From contig CAWGTL010000008.1 in the NCBI GenBank assembly GCA_963825505.1, forward strand, positions 48,411 through 112,410: a stretch of DNA of 64,000 bases. The letters are read 5' to 3'. The position numbers were made by a program, and so were the translations under genes. How positions within the stretch are numbered: the stretch's first letter is position 1; the number at the start of each line of letters is the position of its first letter. The notes under the pieces were generated by a model. That model was not told the origin of the DNA, ran no database searches, and saw only the letters and a list, made by a program, of their open reading frames with translations. Of this stretch, positions 30,280-40,992 are shown one piece after another. Source of the DNA: an uncultured Actinomycetota bacterium (GTDB lineage: Bacteria; Actinomycetota; Actinomycetes; Actinomycetales; CAWJMD01).

Positions 30280-31608
30280 ATGGCCCCCACACCCTTCCCG
30301 CGTCGGCTGACCGCTGCGGTCGGCCTCGGCCTCAGCGCCGCGCTCGCACTGTCCGCCTGCGGAGGCGACGACTCCGGGTCGAGCGAGGAGGGCGGGGACG
30401 TCTCCCTGTCCTTCCTGGTCGACAACGCCGAGACCACCGTCCAGTCCGCCGAGGGCGTGATCGCCGCGTTCGAGGACGCCAACCCGGGGATCACCATCGA
30501 GGTCGAGACCCGCCCGCAGGGCGGCGAGGGCGACAACATCGTCAAGACCCGGCTCGCCACCGGCGACATGACCGACGTCTTCGCCTACAACTCCGGTTCG
30601 CTCCTGGCGGCGCTGAGCCCCGAGCAGTCGCTGGTGCCGGTCACGGACCAGGAGTGGGTGGGCGCCCTCGACGACTCGTTCGTCCAGTCCGTCTCGGTGG
30701 GCGACCAGGTGTTCGGTGCCCCCGTCGGCACCTCGATGGGTGGCGGGGTCCTCTACAACAAGGCGGTCTACGACGAGCTCGGCCTCGAGATCCCCACCAC
30801 GTGGGAGGAGTTCATGGAGAACAACGAGACGATCGCCGCGGCCGGGAAGACGCCCGTGATCCAGACCTACGCCACGACGTGGACCTCGCAGCTGTTCGTC
30901 CTGGGTGACTTCGCCAACGTGCTCGCGCAGGAGCCGGAGTGGGCGGACGACTACACCGCCAACCAGGTCAAGTACGCCGACGACCCCGCCGCCCTGCGCG
31001 GCTTCGAGCACCTGCAGGAGGTCAACGAAGCGGGGTTCCTCAACGAGGACTTCGCCTCGGCCACCTACGAGGACGGAAACGCGATGCTCGCCTCGGGCGA
31101 CGGCGTCCACTACCCGATGCTGACCTTCGCGCTCGGCGAGATCGCCGCCGCGTTCCCGGACCAGGCGCAGGACATCGGCTTCTTCGCCCTGCCCGGTGAC
31201 GACTCCGGCGCCAACCCCGCGACGGTGTGGAGCCCCGGCGGCATCTACCTCCCGCAGTCCACGGACGAGGCGAAGCGCGAGGCAGCGCTGGAGTTCATGG
31301 CCTTCTACGCGAGCCCTGAGGGCTGCCAGGCGCAGACCGAGGCCGTGGCGCCCACCGGTCCGTACCCCGTCGAGGGCTGCGACCTGCCGGACGACGTGCT
31401 GCCGGCGGTCCAGGACATCCAGAAGTACTTCGACACCGACGGCGGCACCGGTCCCGCGCTGGAGTTCCTGTCCCCGGTGAAGGGCCCTGCCCTGGAGCAG
31501 ATCACGGTCGAGGTCGGGTCCGGCATCCGCAGCGCCGAGGACGGCGCCGCGCTGTACGACCAGGACGTCGAGAAGCAGGCTCAGCAGCTGGGGCTCGAGG
31601 GCTGGTGA
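30280..31608 (+). CDS. sugar ABC transporter substrate-binding lipoprotein (CUT1 family)
   Basis: ATG at 30280 preceded by GGAGGA. Lipoprotein signal LGLSAALALSACGG. Length and composition fit a family-1 extracellular solute-binding protein. Confidence 0.85.
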   Translation: MAPTPFPRRLTAAVGLGLSAALALSACGGDDSGSSEEGGDVSLSFLVDNAETTVQSAEGVIAAFEDANPGITIEVETRPQGGEGDNIVKTRLATGDMTDVFAYNSGSLLAALSPEQSLVPVTDQEWVGALDDSFVQSVSVGDQVFGAPVGTSMGGGVLYNKAVYDELGLEIPTTWEEFMENNETIAAAGKTPVIQTYATTWTSQLFVLGDFANVLAQEPEWADDYTANQVKYADDPAALRGFEHLQEVNEAGFLNEDFASATYEDGNAMLASGDGVHYPMLTFALGEIAAAFPDQAQDIGFFALPGDDSGANPATVWSPGGIYLPQSTDEAKREAALEFMAFYASPEGCQAQTEAVAPTGPYPVEGCDLPDDVLPAVQDIQKYFDTDGGTGPALEFLSPVKGPALEQITVEVGSGIRSAEDGAALYDQDVEKQAQQLGLEGW

Positions 31609-31678
31609 CGGCTCCCGTCGCGGCGCGGTCGTCGGCCGCGCCGCGACGGGCCCACCGTCCCCACCTCGACGAGGAGCG

Positions 31679-32611
31679 ATGATGACCACACTGACCCGAC
31701 CCGGGGACACCGTCCTCGCGCCGCCGGCGCCGTCCGGTCGCCGCCGCAGGGGACTGACCCGCGGCACCTACCCGATGTGGTTCTACCTGCCGGCGGCTCT
31801 CGCCTACGTGGTGCTGTTCGCGGTTCCCACCTTCGCGTCGTTCTACTTCAGCCTCACCCGGTGGTCGCTGTTCAACCAGGAGTTCATCGGCTTCGACAAC
31901 TTCGTCCAGTTCTTCCAGGAGCCGGCCCTGGTCACGGGCCTGAAGAACACGATCATCTACGCCGTCCTCACCTCGCTGGCCAAGGTGGTCCTCGGGCTCC
32001 TGCTCGCCGTGCTGCTCACCTCGCAGATCATCGCCCGGGGGTTCCTGCGCAGCGTGGTGTTCTTCCCCGTGCTGGTGAGCACCATCGGCGTCGGCATCAC
32101 GTTCCAGGTGTTCATGGATCCGCAGGACGGGTTGTTCAACAGCATCCTGGGCACGTTCGGCGTGGACGGGCCCGGGTGGCTGACCGATCCCTCCCTGGCG
32201 CTGTACTCCGTGGCCGCGGTCGACGTCTGGAAGGGCGTCGGGCTGGCCACGGTCATCTACATCGCCGGTCTGGTCTCGATCCCGCGGGAGTACCTCGAGG
32301 CGGCGGCGGTCGACGGGGCCGGTGCATGGCACCGCTTCCGCCACGTCATCCTGCCGCTGGCCAGGCCGGCGACCGTGACCGTCATCATCCTCAGCCTGAT
32401 CGGCGGGCTGCGCTCCTTCGACCTGATCTGGGCGATGACGCGTGGCGGACCCGGGTTCACGTCCGACGTGATCGCCTCGGTGATCTACAAGCAGTACCAG
32501 TCGGGCTTCTTCGGCCTCTCGACGGCCGGGAACGTCGTGCTGTTCCTCGTGGTGACCGCGATCGTGCTGCCGCTGTCGTGGTTCCTGAACCGCAAGGAGG
32601 CAGACCAGTGA
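31679..32611 (+). CDS. carbohydrate ABC transporter permease (MalF-like)
   Basis: 6 TM segments. The EAA loop is EYLEAAAVDGAGAWHRFRHVILPLARP. Confidence 0.9.
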   Translation: MMTTLTRPGDTVLAPPAPSGRRRRGLTRGTYPMWFYLPAALAYVVLFAVPTFASFYFSLTRWSLFNQEFIGFDNFVQFFQEPALVTGLKNTIIYAVLTSLAKVVLGLLLAVLLTSQIIARGFLRSVVFFPVLVSTIGVGITFQVFMDPQDGLFNSILGTFGVDGPGWLTDPSLALYSVAAVDVWKGVGLATVIYIAGLVSIPREYLEAAAVDGAGAWHRFRHVILPLARPATVTVIILSLIGGLRSFDLIWAMTRGGPGFTSDVIASVIYKQYQSGFFGLSTAGNVVLFLVVTAIVLPLSWFLNRKEADQ

Positions 32612-33435
32612 ACGTGGTGCGCAACCGGCTGCTCAGCGTCCTGGCGATGGTGCTGTTCCTCGTGGTCTTCGTCGTGCCGTTCCTCTTCATCGTCGTGCAG
32701 TCGCTCAAGGACCGCGACGGCGCCCGGACGCTCGACTTCAGCTGGCCCGGTGAGATCGCGCTCTGGCAGAACATCCAGGAGGTCATCGCCGCGCGTGACT
32801 ACATGCTGGTGACCGCGTTCGTGAACAGCACGATCCTCACCGTCGCGAGCGTCACGCTGATGGTGGTCTTCGCGGCGATGGTCGGCTACGTCCTGCAGCG
32901 CCGGGTCACGAGGTGGACGGGCTTCATCAACTTCCTGGTGCTGTCCGGTCTCATCATCCCGCCGGCCGTGGTCCCGACGATCTGGGTGCTCCAGGCCCTC
33001 GGCCTGTTCCGGACCCTGCCCGGGCTGATCCTGGTCGAGCTGGCGTTCGGCCTGTCCTTCAGCGTCCTGCTGTTCCGCGCGTTCATGTCGACCGTGCCCC
33101 GCGAGCTCGACGAGGCCGCGATCATCGACGGGGCCGGCCCGTTCCGGCTGTTCTTCCAGGTGGTCTTCCCGCTGCTGCGGCCGGTGGCCGTGACGGTGAT
33201 CGTCGTGCAGTCGGTGGTCGTCTTCAACGACTTCGTCAACCCGTTGTACTTCCTGCCGGGCGACGAGAACGCCACGGTCCAGCTGACGCTGTTCAACTTC
33301 CAGAGCCAGTTCACCACCCAGTACAACCTCCTCTTCACCAACATCCTGCTCATCACCATCCCGCCGCTGGTCATGTACCTGTTCTTCAACAGGCAGATCG
33401 TGGCCGGCATGACCGCCGGGGCAGTCAAGGGCTGA
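32608..33435 (+). CDS. carbohydrate ABC transporter permease (MalG-like)
   Basis: GTG at 32608 overlaps the upstream stop (GTGA). The EAA loop is ELDEAAIIDGAGPFRLFFQVVFPLLRP. Confidence 0.9.
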   Translation: MNVVRNRLLSVLAMVLFLVVFVVPFLFIVVQSLKDRDGARTLDFSWPGEIALWQNIQEVIAARDYMLVTAFVNSTILTVASVTLMVVFAAMVGYVLQRRVTRWTGFINFLVLSGLIIPPAVVPTIWVLQALGLFRTLPGLILVELAFGLSFSVLLFRAFMSTVPRELDEAAIIDGAGPFRLFFQVVFPLLRPVAVTVIVVQSVVVFNDFVNPLYFLPGDENATVQLTLFNFQSQFTTQYNLLFTNILLITIPPLVMYLFFNRQIVAGMTAGAVKG

Positions 33436-33479
33436 CCCAGCCTCTGCCGCAGACCTTCTCACCAGACTCCAGGAGCATC

Positions 33480-36329
33480 GTGCCTTCCGAATCCACCGCG
33501 ACCCGGATCGTCCGCGTCACGGCCGAACACGCCACCGACCGCGACACCGTGGCGGTGCCCGCACCGCGCCTGTCCTGGGTCGTCGAGACGCCCGAGAGCG
33601 ACTGGGTGCAGACCCGCGCCGAGGTGCGGGCGACCCGCGAGCACGGTCCCGACGAGTCGGTCGTGCTCGACACCGCCGAGAGCGTGCTCGTCGACTGGCC
33701 GTTCGCGCCGCTCGCCTCGGGTGAGCACGCCGATGTGTCGGTGCGGGTAGCCGGTCCCGACGGGGTCCTGTCGGGGTGGAGCGAGACCCGGCCCGTCGTG
33801 GCGGGCTTCCTCGCGGAGGGTGGTTGGCGGGCACGCACGATCGCGCTCGACTCGCCGGACCGTCGCGCGCAGCCGGCCCTGGTGCGCGGCACGTTCGTGC
33901 TGGACGCCCCGGTGCGGCGCGCCACGCTCTATGCGACGGCGCAGGGCGTGTACCAGGTCGAGGTCAACGGGTCCGAGGTCGACGACGAGGTGCTGAAGCC
34001 GGGGTGGACGGCGTACCGGCACCGCCTGCTGCACGAGAGCACCGACGTGACGTCGCTGGTGCGCCACGGCGAGAACGCGGTCGGCGTCTGGCTCTCCGGC
34101 GGGTGGTGGTCCGAGAGCTACGGCTTCCAGGGCATGGCGGAGCCGTTCTACGGCGACCAGCCCGCTGTGGCGCTCCAGCTCGTCGTCGAGCTGGAGGACG
34201 ACACCACCCGGACCGTGGTGACCGACGGATCGTGGCGCGCGACGGGTGACGGCCCGATCACGCGCGGCGGCATCTACGCGGGCGAGACCTTCGACTCGAC
34301 CCGGGTGCCGGCCGGCTGGACCGAGCCGGGGTTCGACGACGCCGGCTGGCCGCCGGTCCGGGTGGTCGAGGACTGCCCCGTGCCCGGGCCACGGTCGTCG
34401 CCGGGCGCGCGCAGGATCGAGGAGGTCGCGGTGCGGGAGGTGCTGACCACGCCCTCGGGTCGCACCGTGCTCGACTTCGGGCAGAACCTGGTGGGCTGGT
34501 TGCGGATCCGCGTGCGGGGCGAGCGTGGCAGCACGGTGGTGCTGCACCACGCCGAGGTGCTCGAGCACGGCGAGCTGAGCACCCGTCCGCTGCGGGCCGC
34601 CGATGCGCGGGACGAGTACGTGCTCGCCGGCACGGGCGAGGAGGTGTGGGAGCCACGTACGACGTTCCACGGCTTCCGGTACGCGCAGGTCGACGGGTGG
34701 CCCGGAGACCTCGATCCCGCCGACGTGGTCGCCGTCGTCGTGCACAGCGACATGCGTCGCACGGGGTGGTTCTCCTGCTCTCACTCGCTGCTGGACCGGT
34801 TGCACGAGAACGTGGTCTGGGGCATGCGCGGGAACTTCCTGCACCTGCCGACCGACTGCCCGCAGCGCGACGAGCGTCTCGGGTGGACCGGCGACATCCA
34901 GGTCTTCTCGCCCACCGCGACCTACCTCTACGACTCCGCCGGGTTCCTCGCGTCGTGGCTGGTCGACCTGGCGATCGAGCAGTCTGATGCCGGCGGCGTC
35001 GTCCCGTTCATCGTCCCCAGCGTGCTGCGCGACTCGGCGGCGCCGGCCGCCGCCTGGGGCGACGCCGCCACCGTCGTCCCGGCGGTCGTGCACGAGCGGT
35101 CCGGTGACCGGCAGGTGCTCGAACGCCAGCTGGACAGCATGCGCGCCTGGGTCGACGTCCTGCTCGAGCTGGCCGGAGACAGGTTCCTGTGGGAGGGCCG
35201 CTTCCAGTTCGGCGACTGGCTCGACCCCGCCGCCCCTCCGGACTGGCCGCAGGACGCCAGCACCGATCCCGACGTCGTCGCCAGCGCGCACCTGTTCCGC
35301 TCGGCCGACGTACTGGCGCGCTCCGCCCGGCTGCTCGGCCGCGACGACGTCGCCGAGCGGTACGCGGAGGTGGCCGAGCGCGTGCGCGAGGCGTTCCTCG
35401 CCGAGTACGTGACGCCGGCGGGACGGGTGCTGTCGGACTCCCAGACGGCGTACTCGATGGCCCTGGTGTACGGCATCGTCGTGGACCCGCGACTGCGCCA
35501 GGTGATGGGCGACCGGCTCGCGGAGCTCGTTCGTGCCGCGGGGTACCGCGTCGGCACGGGCTTCGTCGGCACCCCGATCATCCAGGACGCGCTCACCGCG
35601 ACCGGCCACCTGGACGTCGCGACCCGGCTGCTGCTCCAGACCGAGAACCCCTCGTGGCTCTACCCGGTGACGATGGGCGCCACCACCGTCTGGGAACGCT
35701 GGGACAGCGTGCTCGAGGACGGCTCGGTGAACCCCGGCGAGATGACGTCGTTCAACCACTACGCCTTCGGGGCGATCGCCGACTGGCTGCACCGGGTGCT
35801 GGCGGGCCTCGCCCCCGCCTCACCGGGCTACCGTCGACTGCGGGTGCAGCCGCACCCCGTCGACGGACTGGACTGGGCCCTCACCGAGCACGAGACGCCT
35901 TACGGTCGAGCGGCGTCCGGCTGGGAGCGCGTGGACGGAGCGGTCGTGGTGACCGCGGTCGTGCCGCCGGGGACCACCGCGGTGGTGCGCCTCCCGTACC
36001 GCGACGACGAGATCGAGGTCGGCTCCGGCGAGCACCGCTGGGAGATCGAGATCCCCGCCGATGCGGCCCCGTCCGAGCCGGGCCCGGTGTCGCTCGACTC
36101 CACGCTGGCCGACCTCGTCGACGACCCGGAGGCGTACCGCACCGTGCTGCGCGTCTACGGGGAGCACGACGAGGCGCAGGCCCGTACCTGGCGGGACCGC
36201 ACCACGTGGGTGCCGACGAGGGCGCTCGGCGAGTCGATGTTCATGGTGCCCCACCCCGTGCAGGCCCGGATCGGTGCGGCGCTGGCGGAGCTCAGCAGCG
36301 CACGTTCCTCCGCGTCAGAGACGAGATGA
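33480..36329 (+). CDS. alpha-L-rhamnosidase (GH78)
   Basis: GTG at 33480 preceded by AGGAG. FHGFRYAQVDGWPG, HLPTDCPQRDERLGWTGDIQVF and TTVWERWDS are typical of the GH78 catalytic domain. Confidence 0.9.
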   Translation: MPSESTATRIVRVTAEHATDRDTVAVPAPRLSWVVETPESDWVQTRAEVRATREHGPDESVVLDTAESVLVDWPFAPLASGEHADVSVRVAGPDGVLSGWSETRPVVAGFLAEGGWRARTIALDSPDRRAQPALVRGTFVLDAPVRRATLYATAQGVYQVEVNGSEVDDEVLKPGWTAYRHRLLHESTDVTSLVRHGENAVGVWLSGGWWSESYGFQGMAEPFYGDQPAVALQLVVELEDDTTRTVVTDGSWRATGDGPITRGGIYAGETFDSTRVPAGWTEPGFDDAGWPPVRVVEDCPVPGPRSSPGARRIEEVAVREVLTTPSGRTVLDFGQNLVGWLRIRVRGERGSTVVLHHAEVLEHGELSTRPLRAADARDEYVLAGTGEEVWEPRTTFHGFRYAQVDGWPGDLDPADVVAVVVHSDMRRTGWFSCSHSLLDRLHENVVWGMRGNFLHLPTDCPQRDERLGWTGDIQVFSPTATYLYDSAGFLASWLVDLAIEQSDAGGVVPFIVPSVLRDSAAPAAAWGDAATVVPAVVHERSGDRQVLERQLDSMRAWVDVLLELAGDRFLWEGRFQFGDWLDPAAPPDWPQDASTDPDVVASAHLFRSADVLARSARLLGRDDVAERYAEVAERVREAFLAEYVTPAGRVLSDSQTAYSMALVYGIVVDPRLRQVMGDRLAELVRAAGYRVGTGFVGTPIIQDALTATGHLDVATRLLLQTENPSWLYPVTMGATTVWERWDSVLEDGSVNPGEMTSFNHYAFGAIADWLHRVLAGLAPASPGYRRLRVQPHPVDGLDWALTEHETPYGRAASGWERVDGAVVVTAVVPPGTTAVVRLPYRDDEIEVGSGEHRWEIEIPADAAPSEPGPVSLDSTLADLVDDPEAYRTVLRVYGEHDEAQARTWRDRTTWVPTRALGESMFMVPHPVQARIGAALAELSSARSSASETR

Positions 36330-37502
36330 GCCAGATGACGACGACGTTCGACTCAATCACCGGGGCGCTGGAGGCCCTGGCCATCGAGGTGCCTTCGTGG
36401 GCCTACGGGAACTCCGGCACCCGGTTCAAGGTCTTCGGCACACCGGGGACGCCGCGGTCGGTGCAGGAGAAGATCGCCGACGCCGCCACCGTGCACCGGT
36501 TCACCGGGCTCGCCCCCACCGTGGCGCTGCACATCCCGTGGGACCTGGTCGACGACTTCGGCGTCCTCAAGGGCTACGCGGCCGACCAGGGCATCGCGAT
36601 CGGCACCATCAACTCGAACACCTTCCAGGACGACGACTACAGGCTCGGCAGCCTGACCCACGCCGACCCGGCGATCCGGCGGAAGGCGGTCGAGCACAAC
36701 CTCGCGTGCGTCGACGTCATGGACCAGACGGGCTCCCGCGACCTGAAGATCTGGCTCGCCGACGGCACCAACTACCCCGGCCAGGGCGACATCCGCGACC
36801 GGCAGGACTGGCTGGCCGAGGGGCTGCGGACCATCTACGACCGGCTGGGTGAGCACCAGCGGATGGTGCTGGAGTACAAGTTCTTCGAGCCGGCGTTCTA
36901 CCACACCGACGTGCCGGACTGGGGTACCTCGTACGCCCACGTGACGGCTCTGGGGCCGAAGGCGTTCGTCTGCCTCGACACCGGCCACCACGCGCCGGGG
37001 ACGAACATCGAGTTCATCGTCGCGCAGCTGCTGCGCCTGGGCCGGCTGGGCTCGTTCGACTTCAACAGCCGGTTCTACGCCGACGACGACCTCATCGTCG
37101 GCGCGGCCGACCCGTACCAGCTGTTCCGGATCATGGTCGAGGTGATCCGCGGCGGGGGGTTCGGCCCGGGCAGCGACGTCGCGCTGATGCTCGACCAGTG
37201 CCACAACATCGAGAAGAAGATCCCCGGTCAGATCCGCTCGGTGCTCAACGTCCAGGAGATGACCGCGCGAGCGCTGCTGCTCGACCGCGAGGCGCTGGCC
37301 GCGGCTCGCACACGACGGCGACGTCCTGCTCGCCAACGAGATCTTCATGGACGCCTTCTACACAGACGTGCGCGCCGACCTCGCCGCCTGGCGCGAGGAC
37401 CGCGGGTTGCCGGGCGACCCGATGCGGGCCTACCTGGCCAGTGGCTACCAGGACGAGATCGAGACCTCCCGCATAGGCGGCTCGCAGGCAGGATGGAGCT
37501 GA
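36326..37502 (+). pseudogene. rhaI: L-rhamnose isomerase, actinobacterial type, with an apparent single-nucleotide frameshift near 37300-37312
   Basis: Frame 2 encodes MSQMTTTFDSITGALEALAIEVPSWAYGNSGTRFKVF...LNVQEMTARALLLDREALAAAR and then turns to Arg-rich junk. Frame 0 continues HDGDVLLANEIFMDAFYTDVRADLAAWREDRGLPGDPMRAYLASGYQDEIETSRIGGSQAGWS* (stop 37500-37502). The total length is 1177 nt, which is 3n+1. Confidence 0.85.
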
Positions 37503-39538
37503 TCGTGACCACCGCACCCGCTGAGCTGATCGCCCGCTCGAACCGCCTCGGCGCCGACCCGCGCAACACGAACTACGCCGGTGGCAACACCTCGGCCAAG
37601 GGAACGGTCACCGACCCCGTCACCTCGGAGCCTGCAGAGTTGTTGTGGGTCAAGGGATCCGGCGGCGACCTCGGCACGCTGACCGAGCCGGGCCTGGCTG
37701 TGCTGCGGCTCGACCGGCTGCGCGCCCTCGTCGACGTGTACCCCGGTGTCGACCGCGAGGACGAGATGGTCGCCGCGTTCGACTACTGCCTGCACGGGCG
37801 TGGCGGCGCCGCACCGTCGATCGACACCGCGATGCACGGGCTCGTCGACGCCGACCACATCGACCACCTGCACCCTGACTCCGGCATCGCGCTGGCGACC
37901 GCCGCCGCCGGCGAGGCCCTGACCAAGGAGTGCTTCGGCGACAAGGTCGCGTGGGTCGGGTGGCGGCGGCCGGGGTTCCAGCTCGGGCTCGACATCGCCG
38001 AGGTCAAGCAGGCGAACCCGCAGGCGATCGGCGTCGTGCTCGGCGGGCACGGGATCACCGCCTGGGGCGCGACCTCGCAGGAGTGCGAGGCGAACTCGCT
38101 GGAGATCATTCGCACCGCCGAGAGGTTCCTCGCGACGCACGGGTCCGCCGAGCCGTTCGGCACGGTCGTCCCGGGGTACGAACCGCTGCCGGACACGGAG
38201 CGGCGGGCGCGGGCGGCCGCCCTGGCGCCGGTCGTGCGCGGGCTGGCCTCGACCGATGCGCCGCAGCTCGGCCACTTCACCGACAGCGACGTCGTGCTGG
38301 ACTTCCTCTCGCGCGAGAAGCTGGTGCCGCTGGCGCAGCTCGGCACGTCGTGCCCCGACCACTTCCTGCGGACGAAGGTCCGTCCGCTCGTGGTCGACCT
38401 CCCCGGGACGGCCGACCTCGGCGACGTGGTCGCTCGCCTGGGCGAGCTGCACGCGGCGTACCGCGAGGAGTACGCGGCCTACTACGACCGGCACGCGACC
38501 GCGGACAGCCCGGCGATGCGCGGTGCGGACCCGGCGATCGTGCTGGTCCCCGGCGTCGGGATGTTCTCGTTCGGCAAGGACAAGCAGACGGCGCGCGTGG
38601 CGGGCGAGTTCTACGTCAACGCCATCAACGTGATGCGCGGCGCGGAGGCGGTCTCCGCCTACGCCCCGATCGACGAGAGCGAGAAGTTCCGGATCGAGTA
38701 CTGGTCGCTCGAGGAGGCCAAGCTGCAGCGGATGCCGGCGCCCAAGCCGCTCGCCGGACGGGTGGCCCTCGTCACGGGTGCGGGTTCAGGGATCGGCAAG
38801 GCGATCGCGGAGCGCCTGGGGGCCGAGGGGGCGTGCGTGGTGGTCGCCGACCTGAACGCCGAGGGCGCCCGCGAGGTGGCCGCGGGGATCGGTGGCCGGG
38901 ACCGGGCGATCTCGGTCCTGGCCGACGTCACCGACGCCGACGCCGTGCAGGCCGCGGTCGACGCCGCGGCTCTGGCGTTCGGTGGGGTCGACCTCGTGGT
39001 CAACAACGCCGGCCTGTCGATCTCCAAGCCTCTGCTCGAGACCACCGAGAAGGACTGGGACCTCCAGCACGACGTGATGGCCAAGGGCTCGTTCCTCGTC
39101 TCCCGCGCGGCGGCGAGGACGATGATCGACCAGGGGATGGGCGGCGACATCGTCTACATCTCGTCGAAGAACTCGGTGTTCGCCGGCCCGAACAACGTCG
39201 CGTACGGCGCCGCGAAGGCCGACCAGGCGCACCAGGTGCGGCTGCTCGCGGCCGAGCTCGGCGAGCACGGGATCCGCGTCAACGGCGTCAACCCCGACGG
39301 CGTGGTCCGGGGCTCCGGGATCTTCGCCCAGGGCTGGGGCGCCCAGCGCGCCGCCGTCTACGGCGTCGAGGAGAAGGACCTCGGGGCGTACTACGCGCAG
39401 CGCACCATCCTCAAGCGGGAGGTGCTGCCCGAGCACGTCGCCAACGCCGTGTTCGCCCTCACCGGGGGCGATCTCACCCACACGACCGGGCTGCACGTCC
39501 CGGTCGATGCCGGCGTCGCCGCGGGCTTCCTGCGGTGA
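37493..39538 (+). CDS. bifunctional rhamnulose-1-phosphate aldolase / short-chain (lactaldehyde) dehydrogenase
   Basis: Start MELIVTTAPAELIARSNRLGADPRNTNYAGGNTSAKG. N-terminal class II aldolase/adducin domain. C-terminal SDR domain (ALVTGAGSGIGKAIA...YISSKNS...YGAAKA). Confidence 0.9.
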   Translation: MELIVTTAPAELIARSNRLGADPRNTNYAGGNTSAKGTVTDPVTSEPAELLWVKGSGGDLGTLTEPGLAVLRLDRLRALVDVYPGVDREDEMVAAFDYCLHGRGGAAPSIDTAMHGLVDADHIDHLHPDSGIALATAAAGEALTKECFGDKVAWVGWRRPGFQLGLDIAEVKQANPQAIGVVLGGHGITAWGATSQECEANSLEIIRTAERFLATHGSAEPFGTVVPGYEPLPDTERRARAAALAPVVRGLASTDAPQLGHFTDSDVVLDFLSREKLVPLAQLGTSCPDHFLRTKVRPLVVDLPGTADLGDVVARLGELHAAYREEYAAYYDRHATADSPAMRGADPAIVLVPGVGMFSFGKDKQTARVAGEFYVNAINVMRGAEAVSAYAPIDESEKFRIEYWSLEEAKLQRMPAPKPLAGRVALVTGAGSGIGKAIAERLGAEGACVVVADLNAEGAREVAAGIGGRDRAISVLADVTDADAVQAAVDAAALAFGGVDLVVNNAGLSISKPLLETTEKDWDLQHDVMAKGSFLVSRAAARTMIDQGMGGDIVYISSKNSVFAGPNNVAYGAAKADQAHQVRLLAAELGEHGIRVNGVNPDGVVRGSGIFAQGWGAQRAAVYGVEEKDLGAYYAQRTILKREVLPEHVANAVFALTGGDLTHTTGLHVPVDAGVAAGFLR

Positions 39539-40992
39539 GCGACGCGGCGACCCCGCGGGGGCGCCGGCCCCTGCGGGTCGCCGCGGTCGACCTCGGCGCC
39601 ACCAGCGGGCGGGTGATGGTCGGGCGCCTGGGTCCCGGCACGATCGAGCTCGTAGAGGCCGCACGCTTCCAGAACGGCGCCGTCCGACGGGCCGACGGCC
39701 TGCACTGGGACGTCAACGGGTTGTACGACCACGTCGTGGCCGGCCTGGCGGCGGCGCGCGAGCTCGAGCCCGACATCGCCAGCGTCGGCGTCGACGCCTG
39801 GGCCGTCGACTACGGCCTCGTCGCCTCCGGCGAGCTGGTCGGCGAGCCGTTCCACTACCGCGACGGTCGCACCTCCGCCGGTGTGGAGACGGTGCACGCG
39901 CTCGTGCCCTTCGAGGAGCTCTACCGCCGCAACGGCCTGCAGCACCTGCCGTTCACCACGCTCTACCAGCTCGCGACCGAGCGCGGTCTGCACGCGGCCG
40001 AGACCGTGCTGCTCGTCCCGGACCTCCTGACGTGGCTCCTGTCCGGGGTTGAGGTCGCCGAGCGGACGAACGCCTCGACCACCGGCCTGCTCGACGCGAG
40101 GTCGGGGGAGTGGGACCTGGGTCTGGTCGAGCGCCTGGGGATCCCGCCCACCCTGCTGCCGCGCCTGGTCGACCCAGGAGCCGTCATCGGCAGCCTCTCG
40201 GGGGACGCCGCCGCCGCCGTCGGTGCCGCCCTCGACGTGGTCGCGGTCGGCTCGCACGACACCGCCTCTGCCGTCGTGGCCACGCCGCTGTCGTCGCCCG
40301 ACGCCGCCTACATCTCGTGCGGGACATGGGGCCTGGTCGGCGTGGAGGTCGAGGAGCCGATCCTGACCGCAGCCGCCAGGGAGGCGAGGTTCACCAACGA
40401 GCGGGGTGTCGACGGCCGGGTGCGCTTCCTGCACAACGTCACCGGTCTGTGGCTGCTGAACGAGACGGTGCGCGCCTGGGAGGAGGCGGACGGTGCGCGG
40501 ATCGACCTCGCCGAGCTGCTCGCCGAGGCGGCCGACGTCCGCGGTGAGGTCCCGCTGTTCGACACCGATCACGAGACGCTGGCCGCGCCGGGAGACATGC
40601 CGGCTCGCATCGCGGCCCTGCTCGGCGCGCGTGCGCCCGGTGGGCGTGCGGCGATCGTGCGGTCGATCGTGGAGAGCATCGCGGCCGCGTTCGCCGACGC
40701 CGTGAGGACCGTGGGTGCCCTGCGAGGGAGCGCCGTCGACGTGATCCACCTCGTCGGGGGCGGCGCTCTGAACACGTTGCTGTGCCAGGCGACGGCCGAC
40801 CGTTCCGGGCTGCCCGTCGTGGCGGGACCCGTCGAGGCGACCGCGCTGGGGAACGTGCTGGTGCAGGCCCGTGCCCACGGGTGGTTCGGCCAGTCTGCGA
40901 CGCTGGAGGTCCTACGGGCTACGGTGGCCGACTCGTTCCCGACGGTGCGATTCTCACCGGACGTCAGAGCGCATCAGGAGGCGACATGGTGA
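39535..40992 (+). CDS. rhaB: rhamnulokinase (FGGY carbohydrate kinase family)
   Basis: GTG at 39535 overlaps the upstream stop (GTGA). [28 protein letters not shown], and [12 protein letters not shown]...[14 protein letters not shown] are present. Confidence 0.85.
   Translation: MSDAATPRGRRPLRVAAVDLGATSGRVMVGRLGPGTIELVEAARFQNGAVRRADGLHWDVNGLYDHVVAGLAAARELEPDIASVGVDAWAVDYGLVASGELVGEPFHYRDGRTSAGVETVHALVPFEELYRRNGLQHLPFTTLYQLATERGLHAAETVLLVPDLLTWLLSGVEVAERTNASTTGLLDARSGEWDLGLVERLGIPPTLLPRLVDPGAVIGSLSGDAAAAVGAALDVVAVGSHDTASAVVATPLSSPDAAYISCGTWGLVGVEVEEPILTAAAREARFTNERGVDGRVRFLHNVTGLWLLNETVRAWEEADGARIDLAELLAEAADVRGEVPLFDTDHETLAAPGDMPARIAALLGARAPGGRAAIVRSIVESIAAAFADAVRTVGALRGSAVDVIHLVGGGALNTLLCQATADRSGLPVVAGPVEATALGNVLVQARAHGWFGQSATLEVLRATVADSFPTVRFSPDVRAHQEATW

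Noticed and set aside
35189-39538. A 1449-aa ORF that looks like a giant multidomain protein.
   Set aside because: It is a chimera. It joins an out-of-frame stretch inside the GH78 gene, rhaI up to its frame break, Arg-rich read-through, and the aldolase-dehydrogenase gene, which has its own ATG at 37493.
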